Shown here one piece after another: positions 51,610-64,000 of a stretch of DNA of 64,000 nt. The translations under genes were made by a program, and so were the position numbers. Source of the DNA: Epiperipatus broadwayi (Eukaryota > Animalia > Onychophora). The stretch is from positions 3,968,001 through 4,032,000 of the forward strand of contig JAQFVV010000003.1 of the NCBI GenBank assembly GCA_028023455.1. Direction: 5' to 3'. The notes beneath the pieces were generated by a model. The model saw only the letters and a list, made by a program, of their open reading frames with translations. It did not search any database and had not been told where the DNA came from. Position 1 is the stretch's first letter. Each line of letters opens with the position of its first letter.

Positions 51610-51750
51610 TATTCTTTCTCTTCTCCTCCTCCTTTTTTCTTCTTCTCCCTCTCCTTCATATTTTTCTTATTCTTATTTTTTTATTCTTTTTTTCCTTCTC
51701 ATTCTTCTCTACTTCCTTCTTCTCTTCCTCATTCACCTCTTTTTCTTTAT
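51610..51750 (+). repeat. Pyrimidine-rich low-complexity tract
   Basis: TTC/CTT/CCT-rich run. Confidence 0.8.
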
Positions 51751-52010
51751 TCTTATTATTTACTCTTAATATTATTGTTGTTGTTGTTGTTATTGTTAAG
51801 AATGGATTCCATGACAGAGTTAATAACTATGAACCTATTTCTGTTTTACTTACTATTGCTTGAATTTTTGAAAAGTGTGTTCTTATTATTTACTCTTAAT
51901 ATTATTGTTGTTGTTGTTGTTATTGTTAAGAATGGATTCCATGACAGAGTTAATAACTATGAACCTATTTCTGTTTTACTTACTATTGCTTGAATTTTTG
52001 AAAAGTGTGT
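51751..52010 (+). repeat. Perfect 130-bp tandem duplication
   Basis: 51751-51880 is identical to 51881-52010. Confidence 0.95.
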
Positions 52011-52620
52011 TAATAAACTATTTTGGATGAGAGTAAAATCATTTCTTCTTTACAACATGTTTTTATTCCTAATAGTATATGTTATTTCTATGGGAACTAA
52101 TTTGCTAGCAATTTATGGTTCTATAGCATAAGTAATCGAGGATCAACAGGGACTTGATATTATTTATTTTGATTTATCCAAAGCCTTTGGTAAAATAGAC
52201 CACATCATTCTTTTTCACAAATTACATAATATTGTTTTTTCTACTGAACTTATTTATTGCTTTTAATCTTTTCTTTGTAGTCATACCTCCCATTAAACAA
52301 TAATAGTTAATCTAATTTTGAATGTAATTTAAATGTTCCTCAGGATAATATTTTAGTATCTATGCTTTTTAATATTTATATTACTGGCCTTAAGGATTAC
52401 CTGAAATCTTGTTATTTTTTTGTGCTACGCTGACGACTGTAAAATCTTTAGAAGAATCACATCTGTGATTGATGGCATTCTCCTTCAAAAAGATATTAAT
52501 AAATTTAGTGATTGGTGCGATCTAAATAATATGTCAGTTAATTTTAGTAAATGTTCCCTTGTGTCTTATTCTAAGAAATCGGAAATGTTTAATTTATTTT
52601 ATTTTTATGCTTAAAAAGAA
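51795..52620 (+). mobile_element. Decayed CR1/Jockey-type RT fragment
   Basis: NNYEPISVLLTIA*IFEKC, DIIYFDLSKAFGKIDHIILFHKL, NVPQDNIL..LFNIYI, YADDCKIFR...LQKD...WC..N.MSVNFSKC. Confidence 0.88.
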
Positions 52621-53189
52621 TTCAAAATCTTAGTCTAATGCAAGATAATAATATACTTTCAATCAATTGATTACTTACTTCCAATTTTGAGTTATATTTT
52701 TTTATTCAAACTTCCAATTAAAACAAGTTATCTAACGATAATTTTTTTTTTTTAAAAGCCATCTGATGACCAGTGTCTGTCGCCAATAATATCAGCATAG
52801 AGTTTCAAACTTCAAAGGTCAGTCAAGCATACACTTATTTTTAATGTTATTGTAGCCAATTCTGATCTTTGTTTAGTAATAAAAATTCGGTTTCAAGTTC
52901 CCAGCAATTACTTCATTTGCTCACAACTGAGTTACCAAGCTCAGGCTGTTTATACTTATAAAGTAGTCAAAGCCTTAGGCTAGCAAAAAAAAAAAAAACT
53001 TTATATACTTTTTTCAATTTCCAATCAGTTGATAACTTATTTCCAATTTTGTGTTAAATTTTTCATTCAAATCTTCAACTAACACCAAGTTACTAGATGA
53101 TTTCAAAAAACATAAGTCACTTCCAATAGCAATGCCAATACTAACTACCTATCCCGATTTACCAACTCCCTATATCTGGATCCTCTAAC

Positions 53190-53480
53190 CATGAATTTCA
53201 TACTTAAATCACACCAAAAGCCTCAATCGGCCTCTACCTCTAACACAGCCTGATTCAGATTCCGACCAACCTATGACAAACTCCAACTCAACAATAGCAA
53301 CCAGTTCTAACATTATTGTACCAGCATCCCCCTCTGGAAATTAGGACCCTCTACTCATGGATCTCACACTTAAACCTTATCAAAAGCCTTACTTAACCTT
53401 TACCTTTAACACTCAGATAAACCCAGAGTCTAACCAACCTACCACAAACTCTAACTTAACAATTGCAACCAATTGTAACA
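53190..53480 (+). repeat. Diverged C/A-rich tandem repeat, about 165-bp unit, 2 copies
   Basis: CATG(A/G)AT(T/C)TCA(T/C)ACTTAAA...CAAAAGCCT...CCAACCTA...ACAAACTC...GCAACCA at approx. 53191 and 53356. Confidence 0.6.
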
Positions 53481-54223
53481 TGGCTGTCACTTCCCTCCCT
53501 ACACTCATCCATTCAAATGCACCAAAAAGAAGGCATGGTGGGATTGTAACAATTATGAAAGCAAACCCACCATGTCTTCTATCCACACTAACACCCTTCC
53601 CAACTCACATTCCTAATGAAATCAATTGCATTCTTTAATGGATTCTGTTTAATTACAAAAATTTATCTTATCTATTTCTGCCATATTTTTAAAAAAAATA
53701 ATTACAAATAAAAATTTAAATTTTGTATATTTTATTTCATTGATTTTTTTATTAAAACAATTTAACTTATGTAACTATTTGTGCAGATGATAATTTATTT
53801 TAAGAGAAGAACATACATTCACCGTGGTTGGACTTAGGGTCAATTATGGAAATTGATTGAAAAAAATTTTTTTAACCAGATTAAAATGTAAACAAAAAAT
53901 TCAAATTATTTTATCTAGAAATTTGAAACCAGATCATACAAAAAGCAGGTGAATTATAATGATTACATTATAAGGGCTTTCATATATATATATATATAAT
54001 TATTCAAAACAATATAATATGTTTTTTTGGGGAGATTTATTTGGGGAATCTCTTTGTAAAATGGAAAAAAGAAAGAAGGAGTTTTTTTTTATTATAAAAA
54101 AAATAAAAAAAAAAAGAAAAGAAGAGGGTTGGAATTGTGGATTATCCCCACATTTTTTTTATTATTAAAAATTTATTTTTGTGGTTTTGTTTTTTTTTTT
54201 AAAAATTTAAATCTTTTTATTTG

Positions 54224-54261
<38 letters not shown>

Positions 54262-54433
54262 TTAATAAAAAGTAAAAAAAATTAAAAAAAAAAAAAAAAA
54301 AAAAAATTATGGAGTGGGGGGAGAAATGGTGTGTGGTGTTTTTTTTTTTTTTTTAATTTTTTTAATATTTTTATTGAAATAAAAAAAATTTAAATAATTT
54401 TTATTTTGTTATTTTTATAATCATTATAAGGGC

Positions 54434-54436
<3 letters not shown>

Positions 54437-54482
<46 letters not shown>
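54437..54482. repeat. (TA)n microsatellite
   Basis: Long uninterrupted TA run. Confidence 0.95.
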
Positions 54483-54485
<3 letters not shown>

Positions 54486-57400
54486 GGCTACCTAAAAACT
54501 TGATCTTACTAATGAGATACTCTACTCATGTTAAGATCTCTGTTTAGAAGTAGATGGAGGTAAATATGAAATGAGTTATATAATCAAGCAGTAACTTCTT
54601 GCTCATTATTGGTGGTAGCATTACATTTCTTATGACCTCATAACATAATTTATTCTTTCATCTCAATATTTACAGCTTTGTTGATTTATAAATCTTTTTT
54701 AATTATTGAGATACATATTATATTATGTTATAATATCAAAAACTTTTCTCATCTAGTTGATGAATATAATTGATCTTTGCATGAATGCTTTTTGTACATT
54801 CATTATGCAGTCTAGGTATGTTTTCTATAAATTTTGGAAATATTAGCAAGAATTGCCATTGGCCATCAATAATCTTAAATTGAAGTTGTAAGTTTAACTC
54901 AATCCAAAGATTTTCATTTTATTTAGTAAAAATCAGAGTGTCTGGAAATTATTTCTAGAATGTTATTTAATTTTTCTCAAACTACTTGTCAACAGCACTA
55001 GCTTTGTATCACAATGTTTTGTCATGGAAATAATAGAAGTTTGCTTTTTTTATACTGCTACTGTATTGATAATTCTGAATAGGGCCATATTTATGTGTAA
55101 ATGCAAACTGAAGCCTAACTTTGAATCATTTCAAAGCATTAAAAATCATGATTTTTTGTGGTGCAAATACTAGAAGTTTGAATTCTTTTGTATGATTTAC
55201 TATATTGTAGTATTTAATAGAGTGCAAACTAAAGTAGCTCTTCAAAGATTTAGTTTTTAGTCTTCTACAAAGCAATATTTGTTATGTATTCAGAAGAGAT
55301 GTCCTGGCATTGAATTGTCAAAAATACAACATAGTCTTTGGTATTAATAATACTTGGTACTTTAGTTAGTAGGTCTTTCCATATCATGAAAGCAAAAAAA
55401 TATAAGAGAATCATCTATAGCTTTAGATAGTATTTTATATTATTATATATGTAATATGTGATGTGACATATGCAATTAATCTTTTTCCACAAGTCATTGA
55501 TTCATAATCATATTGTAATATTGCCATAATTTTTTGCTAATAAAAAGCTACAATATTACTTACCCCTGTTTTAATATGTTTGTGTTATAATCAGATGGCA
55601 CATACACAACTCTACACTTATAAGGTCCAAATGGAAATAACATTTGTAGCATCCCAAATAAAAAAAATAAAAAAATCTAATTCATGAAGATATGAAAGGG
55701 AAAAGGTTCACTAAAAGCCAAGCAGTTATTTGGAAATAGTATCCAAGAGAACAAAAGTCTTTAAAAACATCAAATTATTTTACTATTATTTGCAAAAATA
55801 TTAAAAATGTTTATTTTAATACTACAGGGGTAAAAAAAATGTCTTAAAATTACAATATCCAGTTAAAAAAAGTATGATGTGAACATCAAATTGTTTTTTT
55901 TCTTCCTCCAAAATTGATGTAATATTTCTACACCATGCTTATAAAGTTGTAGTTAGTTATAACTACATCACCCTTCACTAGAATCTGGTTACTCAATTTT
56001 GGCATATGAGACTAGCCTTAAAAGCATTGCATTTAAAAGGTAGACTGCCTATGCATGTATATATTTAAAATGTATATACAGCTTATTAAAATTTTGTAAT
56101 TACATACAGACAGTACTGTATAATTGTCATCTTCCATGATCACTATCACTCTAGAAAAATTTACATACAACATGAATATTTTTGAATGTTATTAAAGGAT
56201 AATATATGCAAATAAGCTTAGATTATGCAGGAGGGACTAGTATAAAATCCTGCAATCATATACTAAGTGATGTACTGATATATTGAATATATATTTAGTC
56301 ATCGGCAGAGTGTTTATGGAATAATAAATATTATTATGGATTAGTCACATATATAAGAATAAACAATATGTGTGAGTGTAAGAAACCATGTGTGAATAAG
56401 TAATTCATACAACTGCAGACTATAATGGAATACTTTACAGATTATGAAGTAATTTCTATAGGCTTTTAATTATTTTATTTATATACTTATGTTGTTAAGT
56501 TTAATTTATCTGAGTTTTATTTTTATAAAGTTATTGATGCTATCTGGCTCGTATTGAAAGAATATCCCAGAACATAGCAAAATGCCTATTTAAAAATAGT
56601 CTATTGAACAAAGCAATAAATGTAATAGATCCCTGAGGTAGTTGCCTCACTTATGAGTCTAACCCTGCCCTTCACTTGTAACTGATTTTTCTCATTAACA
56701 ATTTTAGATTTTTTTAAATTTTTTTTTAAAGTATCATTTATTGAATAGTAAAATCACACCTGCAAATATGTTTTCTAAATCTGAATTAATTGTATTTCAT
56801 CATTTCTTTCAATTATTTTTAACTAAAATAGCATATTGATTTGGTTGCTGGTTATGCATGTGCCAATAGTAATATTCAAAATGTTTATCAACTGATGTGC
56901 TTAATTTATTTTTCTCCCCTATTATATAAAGTAAATCAGAATTTATGAGCCTTTAAAATTTTAATTATCATGAATTTCAAATATAAAAACATGATAGAAA
57001 ACTAAAAACAAAGACATTTTATCTTTTGCTGTTAAATTTATAATAATAGAACTGACAATTGTCATAATTGTTAGAAAAAAAGCAGAAAATAAGCATGTGC
57101 TATTTAGATATATGATTAATTTTAACTATTTCCTATGTTACAATGAAACATTATTAAATATTTGTTAATAGAGGCAAGAAACTCTTTTCCAATAATTTCC
57201 AAATATTTGTTGGATTTTCTGAAATTTCTGTTATTAGCTATTGAGAGTCATCTCTATTTTCTTTAGAAGTATTCCAGATATATTAATAATTTTTATTAGT
57301 CATTCATTAGATAAGAGATTATTCGCTTAATGAATAATATTTCTGTAATTTTCATTACACCACTCTCACACAAGGTAGAGACTGGTTTCTATCCACTTTT

Positions 57401-57723
57401 AACGCTTTGTAAAGGGATGTAATCATACACATATGATCAAAGACGTGAAAAAAAAAATATCCCCAAGATGAAATACAGAAATATTATTTCAGATATATAT
57501 TTGATTCAATTTTATTATTCTTATCATCAGATGTATTTACCTGCTAATCTCAATGTAATGTATTGAGTGTTGATTTAGCAGTAAAAACTGATCTTACACC
57601 ATTCATATACATTATGTACCAATTGTTTGTCATTTCAAAATCTTCACAAATCAAACTTATATATGTTACATTGATAGACCAAGATCTATACTTGTCAATA
57701 AATTTAATAAACTGCTACAATTT

Positions 57724-58389
57724 AAACTGATAGAAACGTTTTGCATAAACGCATGGAGTTAATATTTAGGTCTAGTTTCTAACTCCTATCCCTTCACTGA
57801 TGAGAAATCAGCTGACCTGAGGTTGGAGCAAAATGAAAGAGACAGTGAATATTGATTCTAACATTTATGTAAACAAATATGCTTGTTTGGAGGTCTTGGT
57901 AAAGCTCCATCTATTGATCATTAATACAAGCGATAGCAGGTTTTTACGTATATAAAACTTGTTTTGTTTTTCATAAATGTACCTTTAAAGTTTTCTTGCA
58001 ATGATATAGATTTCAGAAGCTTTGATTATGTGGAGAAACTGAACTGATATCAGACCCACATAGCTATCTAGTTTGATAGGCTGAGTTTGAAGACATTTAG
58101 GTGTCTAAAAAATTCATGCTTGCAAACTGATAGAAACGTTTTGCATAAACGCTTGGAGTTAATATTTACGTCTAGTTTCTAACTCCTATCCCTTCACTGA
58201 TGAGAGCAAATCAGCTTGAAATAAGCTGATCTGAGGGTGGAGCAAAATGAAAGAGACAGTGAATATTGACTCTCACGTTTATGTAAACAAATATGCTTGT
58301 TTGGAGGTCTTGGTAAAGTTCCATCTATTGATCATTAATACAAGCGATAGCAGGTTTTTACGTATATAAAACTTGTTTTGTTTTTCATA
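57724..58389 (+). repeat. Direct repeat with a 400-nt period, each copy carrying a hammerhead motif (PLE pseudo-LTR or retrozyme-like)
   Basis: 57724-57975 matches 58124-58389. CTGATGA at 57797 and 58197. Confidence 0.9.
58183..58242 (+). ncRNA. Type I minimal hammerhead ribozyme, core nearly intact
   Basis: Stem I CUCC-UAU-CCCUUCA / UGAGGG-U-GGAG; core CUGAUGA; stem II GAGC/AAAUCA/GCUU; GAAA; stem III U-AAGCUG-A; AUC cleavage triplet (C at 58231). Confidence 0.8.
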
Positions 58390-58749
58390 TATATATATAT
58401 GTACTTGTAAAAGTACTTAGCAATCAGTATGGACATTTTTTTAAATTTTAAGAACAAGTTTGCCTTGGCATTACAACTGCATGGACTTATACATGTTCTT
58501 TATTAAGAATATGTTTGTTTCTTTTACTCATTATATTATTAACATATAGTAATCCTTTGTACCATTTTTATATAATGTATTTTTATTATTTTAATTTTCT
58601 ATAATTTTGATTGACTAGCTTAGAATTCTAATTGGAAAATGTACAAATAGAAATATTTCATATTAATGTTCAATGTATATATATAAATATTACAAAGAAA
58701 TTCAAGTCATATGTCACATGACCTAATTTAACAAGTTTGTGTTACAAAT

Positions 58750-58878
58750 GTTAAATATAGAGCTCGCAAATAAGCTCTTAACAAGCTTTGCAGAATATCA
58801 CCAATGCCAGACTGGTTTCTGTTACTGGCTTCCTCAGTATTCAAGCACTAGAGCTTATTTGCAAGCTCTATATATAAC
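58750..58878. repeat. Short MITE-like inverted repeat
   Basis: TATAGAGCTCGCAAATAAGCTCT versus AGAGCTTATTTGCAAGCTCTATA (1 mismatch), with an internal GCCAG...CTGGC stem. Confidence 0.75.
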
Positions 58879-59619
58879 CTACAATAAACATGTACATGTA
58901 TATAATTTTAGATGCTCATAAATTTGTATAATATTAATTTTTGTCTACCACAATAATTAGCATATTATGTAAATATCATATTTATATTTTATATCTACAT
59001 ACATATAAAGCATAAATACTTATATATCCTTTTCTTTACATATATTTATCTATATAGAAATGCACATAATTATACACATTTGTATATAATACTTCATGGG
59101 AATCATCAATTTTTTTGTAATCTTAATTATGGAAAAATAATAATCAATTATTAAGCAAAACTATATTGACAATAATTATATTACATAAATGCATGTGGAT
59201 ATTAATAAAATCTAAAAAAAATAATTTTAGTATATATACATAGTGAAATAGATTTTTGTATTTTTCTTTTATTGGTACTATTATTGTGTTATTGATTTTT
59301 ATTTATTTATATATAATTCTTAATTTATTGTTTTTATCTATAAACATTTATTCACTGTTTTGATTTTATTATTTAGTTATTAAATATATAAATATCAATC
59401 TTAATTGAGAATAAAAACTGTGCATTTATTTCAATCATTATTTTTAATATAAAAAAAATCATTTGAATTTTAAATTTTATTTTATTTTGCTTTTGGGCTT
59501 TTTTTTATTATATCTTTGCTTATTTTATAACAAAATATTTGTACTTTATATAAATTGATACACTCTTACCATCTCATCTGAAACAATTATAATGCTATTC
59601 ATTATAGAATTTTTTTAAA

Positions 59620-60042
59620 AATAGCATTTACAAAATGATCTGCCCACAAGCCAACTGCCAGGTTGCGTATTATGGTGAGACTGGGACCAACATTGACAAC
59701 AGAATGGTTCAGCACAAATACTTTTACAATACAACTAAAACCAAACAGGAAGGCAATTCCATTTTTTGAGCATGAAAAAACAACAGGCCATAAATTCGAA
59801 CCCACGTCTTCCAACAGCATTTGCTAAGAAAAGCACAATGCTAAACACAAGATTAGAGAAGTGTTTCATATAGCAAGTGATCCTAAGTCTATTAATAGAA
59901 TAGAAGCCTGCTTTGCCTTGTTTCAAAAATGACAGTTATAAATTATTTGCATCACTTTGCATAAATGTCCTTTGCTACAATGCAGTTTTAACAACAGCAG
60001 CTATGAGTATGAGAGCAAGAAGTCCCATGAAAGTGCTTAGCT
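59620..60042 (+). mobile_element. Penelope-like GIY-YIG 3' fragment with a degenerate hammerhead
   Basis: NSIYKMICPQANCQVAYYGETGTNIDNRMVQHK, frameshift, then SIFEHEKTTGHKFE...KIREVFHI...SINR. Hammerhead remnant at 59999-60042. Confidence 0.8.
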
Positions 60043-60749
60043 AAAATAATTAATATTTTTTATATTTAAAGTAAATTAATATTTTGTGTTTGTTATATAA
60101 ATTTATTAGCTTCATTATTTGTGCATACAGTGCATATATATAGTAGTTCATACTATAATATAATCAAAAGCAATACGTCTGCATCATAAAATAAAATGGC
60201 AGTATTTTCTACTAAGAAAGTAAAAATTAAGATTATTTAATGAATAATTTTAAAGAAAGTTGATCACATACTAAACTGTCCTCAAAATAAATAGGACATT
60301 GTGTATATATTTGTTAAAATATGATTCACTTACCTAATATTTATTTAATGTCTTCATAATCTCAATAATATTTAAAGTCATTTAAATTAAGTGACATAAC
60401 AAAATTACTACAGCTTAGTACTAAAAGGTTATATCAAAATTCAAAAGTGGAGTTTCTCTATTAATTAATTGTTCAGCACAACATTAATGTAATTATACTT
60501 CAGGAAGCTCATCATTCATCTAATAATGCATATCTTCTTAAAATTCCTGAATTTATAATAATTATTTAAAAAATACATTGTAAATATGGCATAGCTACTT
60601 TTGTTTCAAACCATCTTGTAAAACAAACAATTTTTATTGAAGATAGTTTGAGTGCTACTGTAATCACCATTGTTATAAATAATATTTATATATGTAATAT
60701 TTACACATATCCCCAATACAAATTATCTCTACCCTCCTCTTCCTGATCT

Positions 60750-62350
60750 TCTTACATACTTTGCATTTATAGAAGATTTCATTTTTCATAGTAGACTTTG
60801 GGGATATATAAATGAGGATCAAGCAGGTTGTTAGCTTTTAGAATGGAGAAATTTAATTAATATGCACTTATTTTATGATACTAAATGAAAAGAAACTTTC
60901 TATTCTAGTAGATAGTGAACAAAACCAAGTCATAATTTATGTTTTGTTATGATAAAAAGGGCTCACCATTACTAGTTAATCAAGTGTTATTAGATCTTTC
61001 TCCTCAGAACCAACTTAAATCAAGTTTAAACATTCTTAGAATCCATATTCCTATACTTGACCCATTCCAAAATAGAATTTATGCAAAGGTAACTGGAATC
61101 AATATACTGGATATCTTGAAAAGAATATTATTAGAATCTTTCCAATTTCTTATTTTTACAAGTTTAACAAACCCATAGCAGCTGCAGAGAATTTATTCCT
61201 GGTGGACAGTGAAAAGAATTCATTCCATGCTATAACAAAACTAGGAATGTTCTTTATTTATAGCCAATTTTTGTTTACCAAAAATCTGAAAATTTTTGAC
61301 AAGATTATAAAATCATTGAATGATGCCAAAAAAGAAAGGTGGAGGGAGATGAGACCTGGTCACTTTTACAAAAGCTTGATGGTTGTAAACGTATATCTAA
61401 AAAAACTCTGTTACTGTTTATCAGATTGCTAATATTATGTATCATATTTCTATAGTTAAGGCAGATAAAAAGCATTCATTAGAGCAGAACGATCTATGAC
61501 AGAGGTCAGTTTTCTCACCTATCTTTCTTATACATTCATCAATGATAGAAAGATACAGAATGCAGGAAAATCTTCTATGCTAATGCTATTTTTTTCATTT
61601 TTTTTAAAAATTATTCCTTGAAAATAGAATAGTCCTTCAATGATGATATAATTTGCATCTTATCCCTAATCCCATGAAGTGATAGTACCTCATGTTTCCA
61701 TCATCATCTCATAATATGAATATAACTTTTTGCAATAATAGAGTGATGCACAGTCAACATCATATCATTTAGGAGTAATCTTGGATCATAACCTAACTTC
61801 TTTTCTTTATTGAGCTGATGTTTGACCAAAATTAATTTCTAGGAATGATCTCCTTAAAAAGCTAGTTAGCATTACTTGGAATTGTGATGCAAATACTTTA
61901 TAGACAGCTTCTTTAGTATTAGCATATTCTACTGGTAAATATTGTGTCCATCTTGGAGTAAAAGGACCACATTAAACTTTTGGATATTTAGTAAATATTA
62001 CCAAGAGAAATGTTACTGGTACACTTAAATCTACTCCCTTGCAAGTTGTTTATAAAAGTGTATAAAAAGCTATTAGGCAGATTGGATTTGCCAGTAAATC
62101 AAGATATAGTTTTACTATTTAAGACTAGAAATCAAAACAATCTTTTCTTTTTTGGATATTCAATCAAGAATCTAAAATCAACAAATTGTGGCATAAAAAT
62201 GGAATTCTCATTAGATTCCAAACAAATTTCTTTTTCCAATCCAACAATAAGACCAGCTAGATTTTATTTTCCTAGATACAATTGGCAACATACCAACAGA
62301 TTTAGGATGTCCCATGATCATTGTGCTCATCTGCTTTATAAATAGAATTT
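60750..62350 (+). mobile_element. Decayed L2/Jockey-like LINE RT region
   Basis: Remnants in order: RPGHF, QRSVFSP..YTFIND (cf. PQGSVLSP..YIND), FYANA (cf. YADD), LGVILDHNLT. Confidence 0.55.
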
Positions 62351-63479
62351 ATCCACCACTTATCTATGTAAATGTGGACAAACATGTACTGTGAAACACA
62401 TAGTTAATAACTGCCAAATTGATGGTTACGATGGAAGAAGTGAAGTACTTAATTAATAAAACCACTGATGAATCTATTTTCTGGTTAGAATCTACATGTT
62501 TTATTATATTTTATTACTAGGTAAGCTGTCTAAAAAAATTTATATGCTAAATAAAATAATTTCATATTTATTTAATGTTTTTATTATTGTAGTCATATGT
62601 TGATGCCTTTCAATCAATAACTATGACAAAATAGAATGCACGGGAACTGTACAATGTTTATTAGTAAGCAGTTTATACCCTACATTTTTTTATTTATTAT
62701 TATGTTTAGTTAAATATTTATTCATTATCATTATTTCTCGATCTTAAATTGTTTTATTGTAAAAAAAAAAAAAAAAAAGCGTTATAATTGTATTATAAAT
62801 GAAACTTTATATATGATATTTTGATTTATATCAGTTTTGGGAAACACATTGTTTTATTTTTAATTGTTTTGTATATATACAGTATATCTAATAACACTTT
62901 TAATCAATATTACCATTAGCTGGGAAGGTGAAGCAATTGTCCCAGGCTCCATACTTAGCGATTTCTGCATTTTTATAAAAATTAAATGAATTAAACGTAA
63001 TAATTTAAACAAAGTATATTTTATGAAATAATTGTGCTTCATTGTGAATCTCGAGATAATAAACATACAACTATTAAAATAGATCTTCATCATGAAGTAA
63101 AAAGGCAAGATTCTCTGTTTCAATATTATTAATTTTGTAGGGTGTCATTGTTCACAATACCGCGATAAATGAAGCAATCGATTATCTGCTAATAAATGAA
63201 TTGTTTCGGTGCACCAATGTTTCAAACTTACGTAATATTACTATTGCACAAAGTTAGCAAAAGTTATTTACCATGGGTTAATTTTATTAACACAATTATA
63301 TTTCAATAATTATTCTTATTTCATTAATTATTTAACACAATTAATCAAATATTTATATATAAAATAAAATTTAAAAAGTGATAATATTACAGTAAAGTAA
63401 TTAAATTAAAAATAATTTAACAAAAAAATTACATAGTATCTAAAATTTAAAAGACTGCTTTATTTTTTAAATTTAAAAA

Positions 63480-63725
63480 ACCAGTCTTGACTAGTTTCGA
63501 AATTCATGTCAGCATCTTCCTACTCTTTGTAAGTTTTCAAGGAGTTAGCTGTTTCAGGAGCACAAGAAATAATGGCACTACTTCTCTCTCTATAATTTCT
63601 CTGATTGAAGATTCATTCTTTTGAAACATTTGCCCCACTTTAAAATACAACGTATCATTTCTTATTAAATCAATGATTTTTATTTTCTCACTTATTGAAA
63701 GTACTTTATGATTTTATTTTTGATT
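63480..63725 (-). pseudogene. pogo/Tigger transposase N-terminal (CENP-B-type HTH) remnant
   Basis: HKVLSISEKIKIIDLIRNDTLYFKVGQMFQKNESSIREIIER...APETA matches the Tigger N-terminal pattern (KVL.LSEK.K..DLIR...GKNESSIREI). Frameshifted, with a stop. Confidence 0.72.
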
Positions 63726-64000
63726 TATCACTCATTATTCTACACAATATTTTACTAAAGATATGATATGCAATATAAAACTTTTGGAGAAAAAAAAAAT
63801 GCAAAAAAAAAAAAAATCTGTACATGTGCTTACAACTACTATCGTTCTTAACTGTATTTAAATTGTGACGAAAATGTGATTAAATAAATTTATGTTTGAG
63901 ATTTGAGAATTTTATATTGACCAATTTAAAAAAAGGTTGCCATCATACCGAAACAAAACGTAATTAAATAAATTCACATTTGAGATTTGAGAACATGATA

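Noticed and set aside
51474-51993. 129-aa and 72-aa hydrophobic ORFs
   Set aside because: Translation of a pyrimidine tract and (GTT)n running into an RT remnant, not a membrane protein gene.
52760-52800. CUGAUGA motif
   Set aside because: No GAAA and no compatible stems.
59700-59860. tRNA/SINE-like B-box (GGGTTCGAAT on the minus strand)
   Set aside because: The segment is better explained as Penelope GIY-YIG coding sequence on the plus strand (GHKFEPT).
1-64000. Prokaryotic features (CRISPR arrays, operons, rRNA, intact tRNA)
   Set aside because: None seen. There are no equal-length repeat-spacer arrays, coding density is very low, and the TE families are eukaryotic.

Overview
This is eukaryotic nuclear DNA from a very AT-rich animal genome, probably an arthropod. 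It is almost entirely transposable elements of different ages, and I could not confidently assemble any host gene. Non-LTR elements: the PHD-finger ORF1 end of a LINE at the left edge, a near-intact RTE LINE with a single frameshift (31.9-35.0 kb), decayed RTE/BovB-like, RTE-X-like, L1/Tx1-like and CR1/L2/Jockey-like LINEs, and three Penelope-like fragments. Other elements: a young non-autonomous LTR element (1.37-kb LTRs, tRNA-Trp-type PBS, ATAT TSD), a three-level nest of hAT and Tigger-like MITEs, a fossil Helitron with both termini, a fossil hAT transposase and a Tigger remnant. The main hidden signal is RNA structure. Five loci carry minimal hammerhead-ribozyme motifs: one 3' of each Penelope fragment, a head-to-head pair forming a foldback, and a 400-nt tandem unit whose second copy has a nearly intact catalytic core (retrozyme-like). 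There is also a duplicated HDV-like fold candidate and a pseudoknot at the RTE 5' end. Mutation patterns point to CpG methylation of TEs. All calls were made by eye, without database searches.
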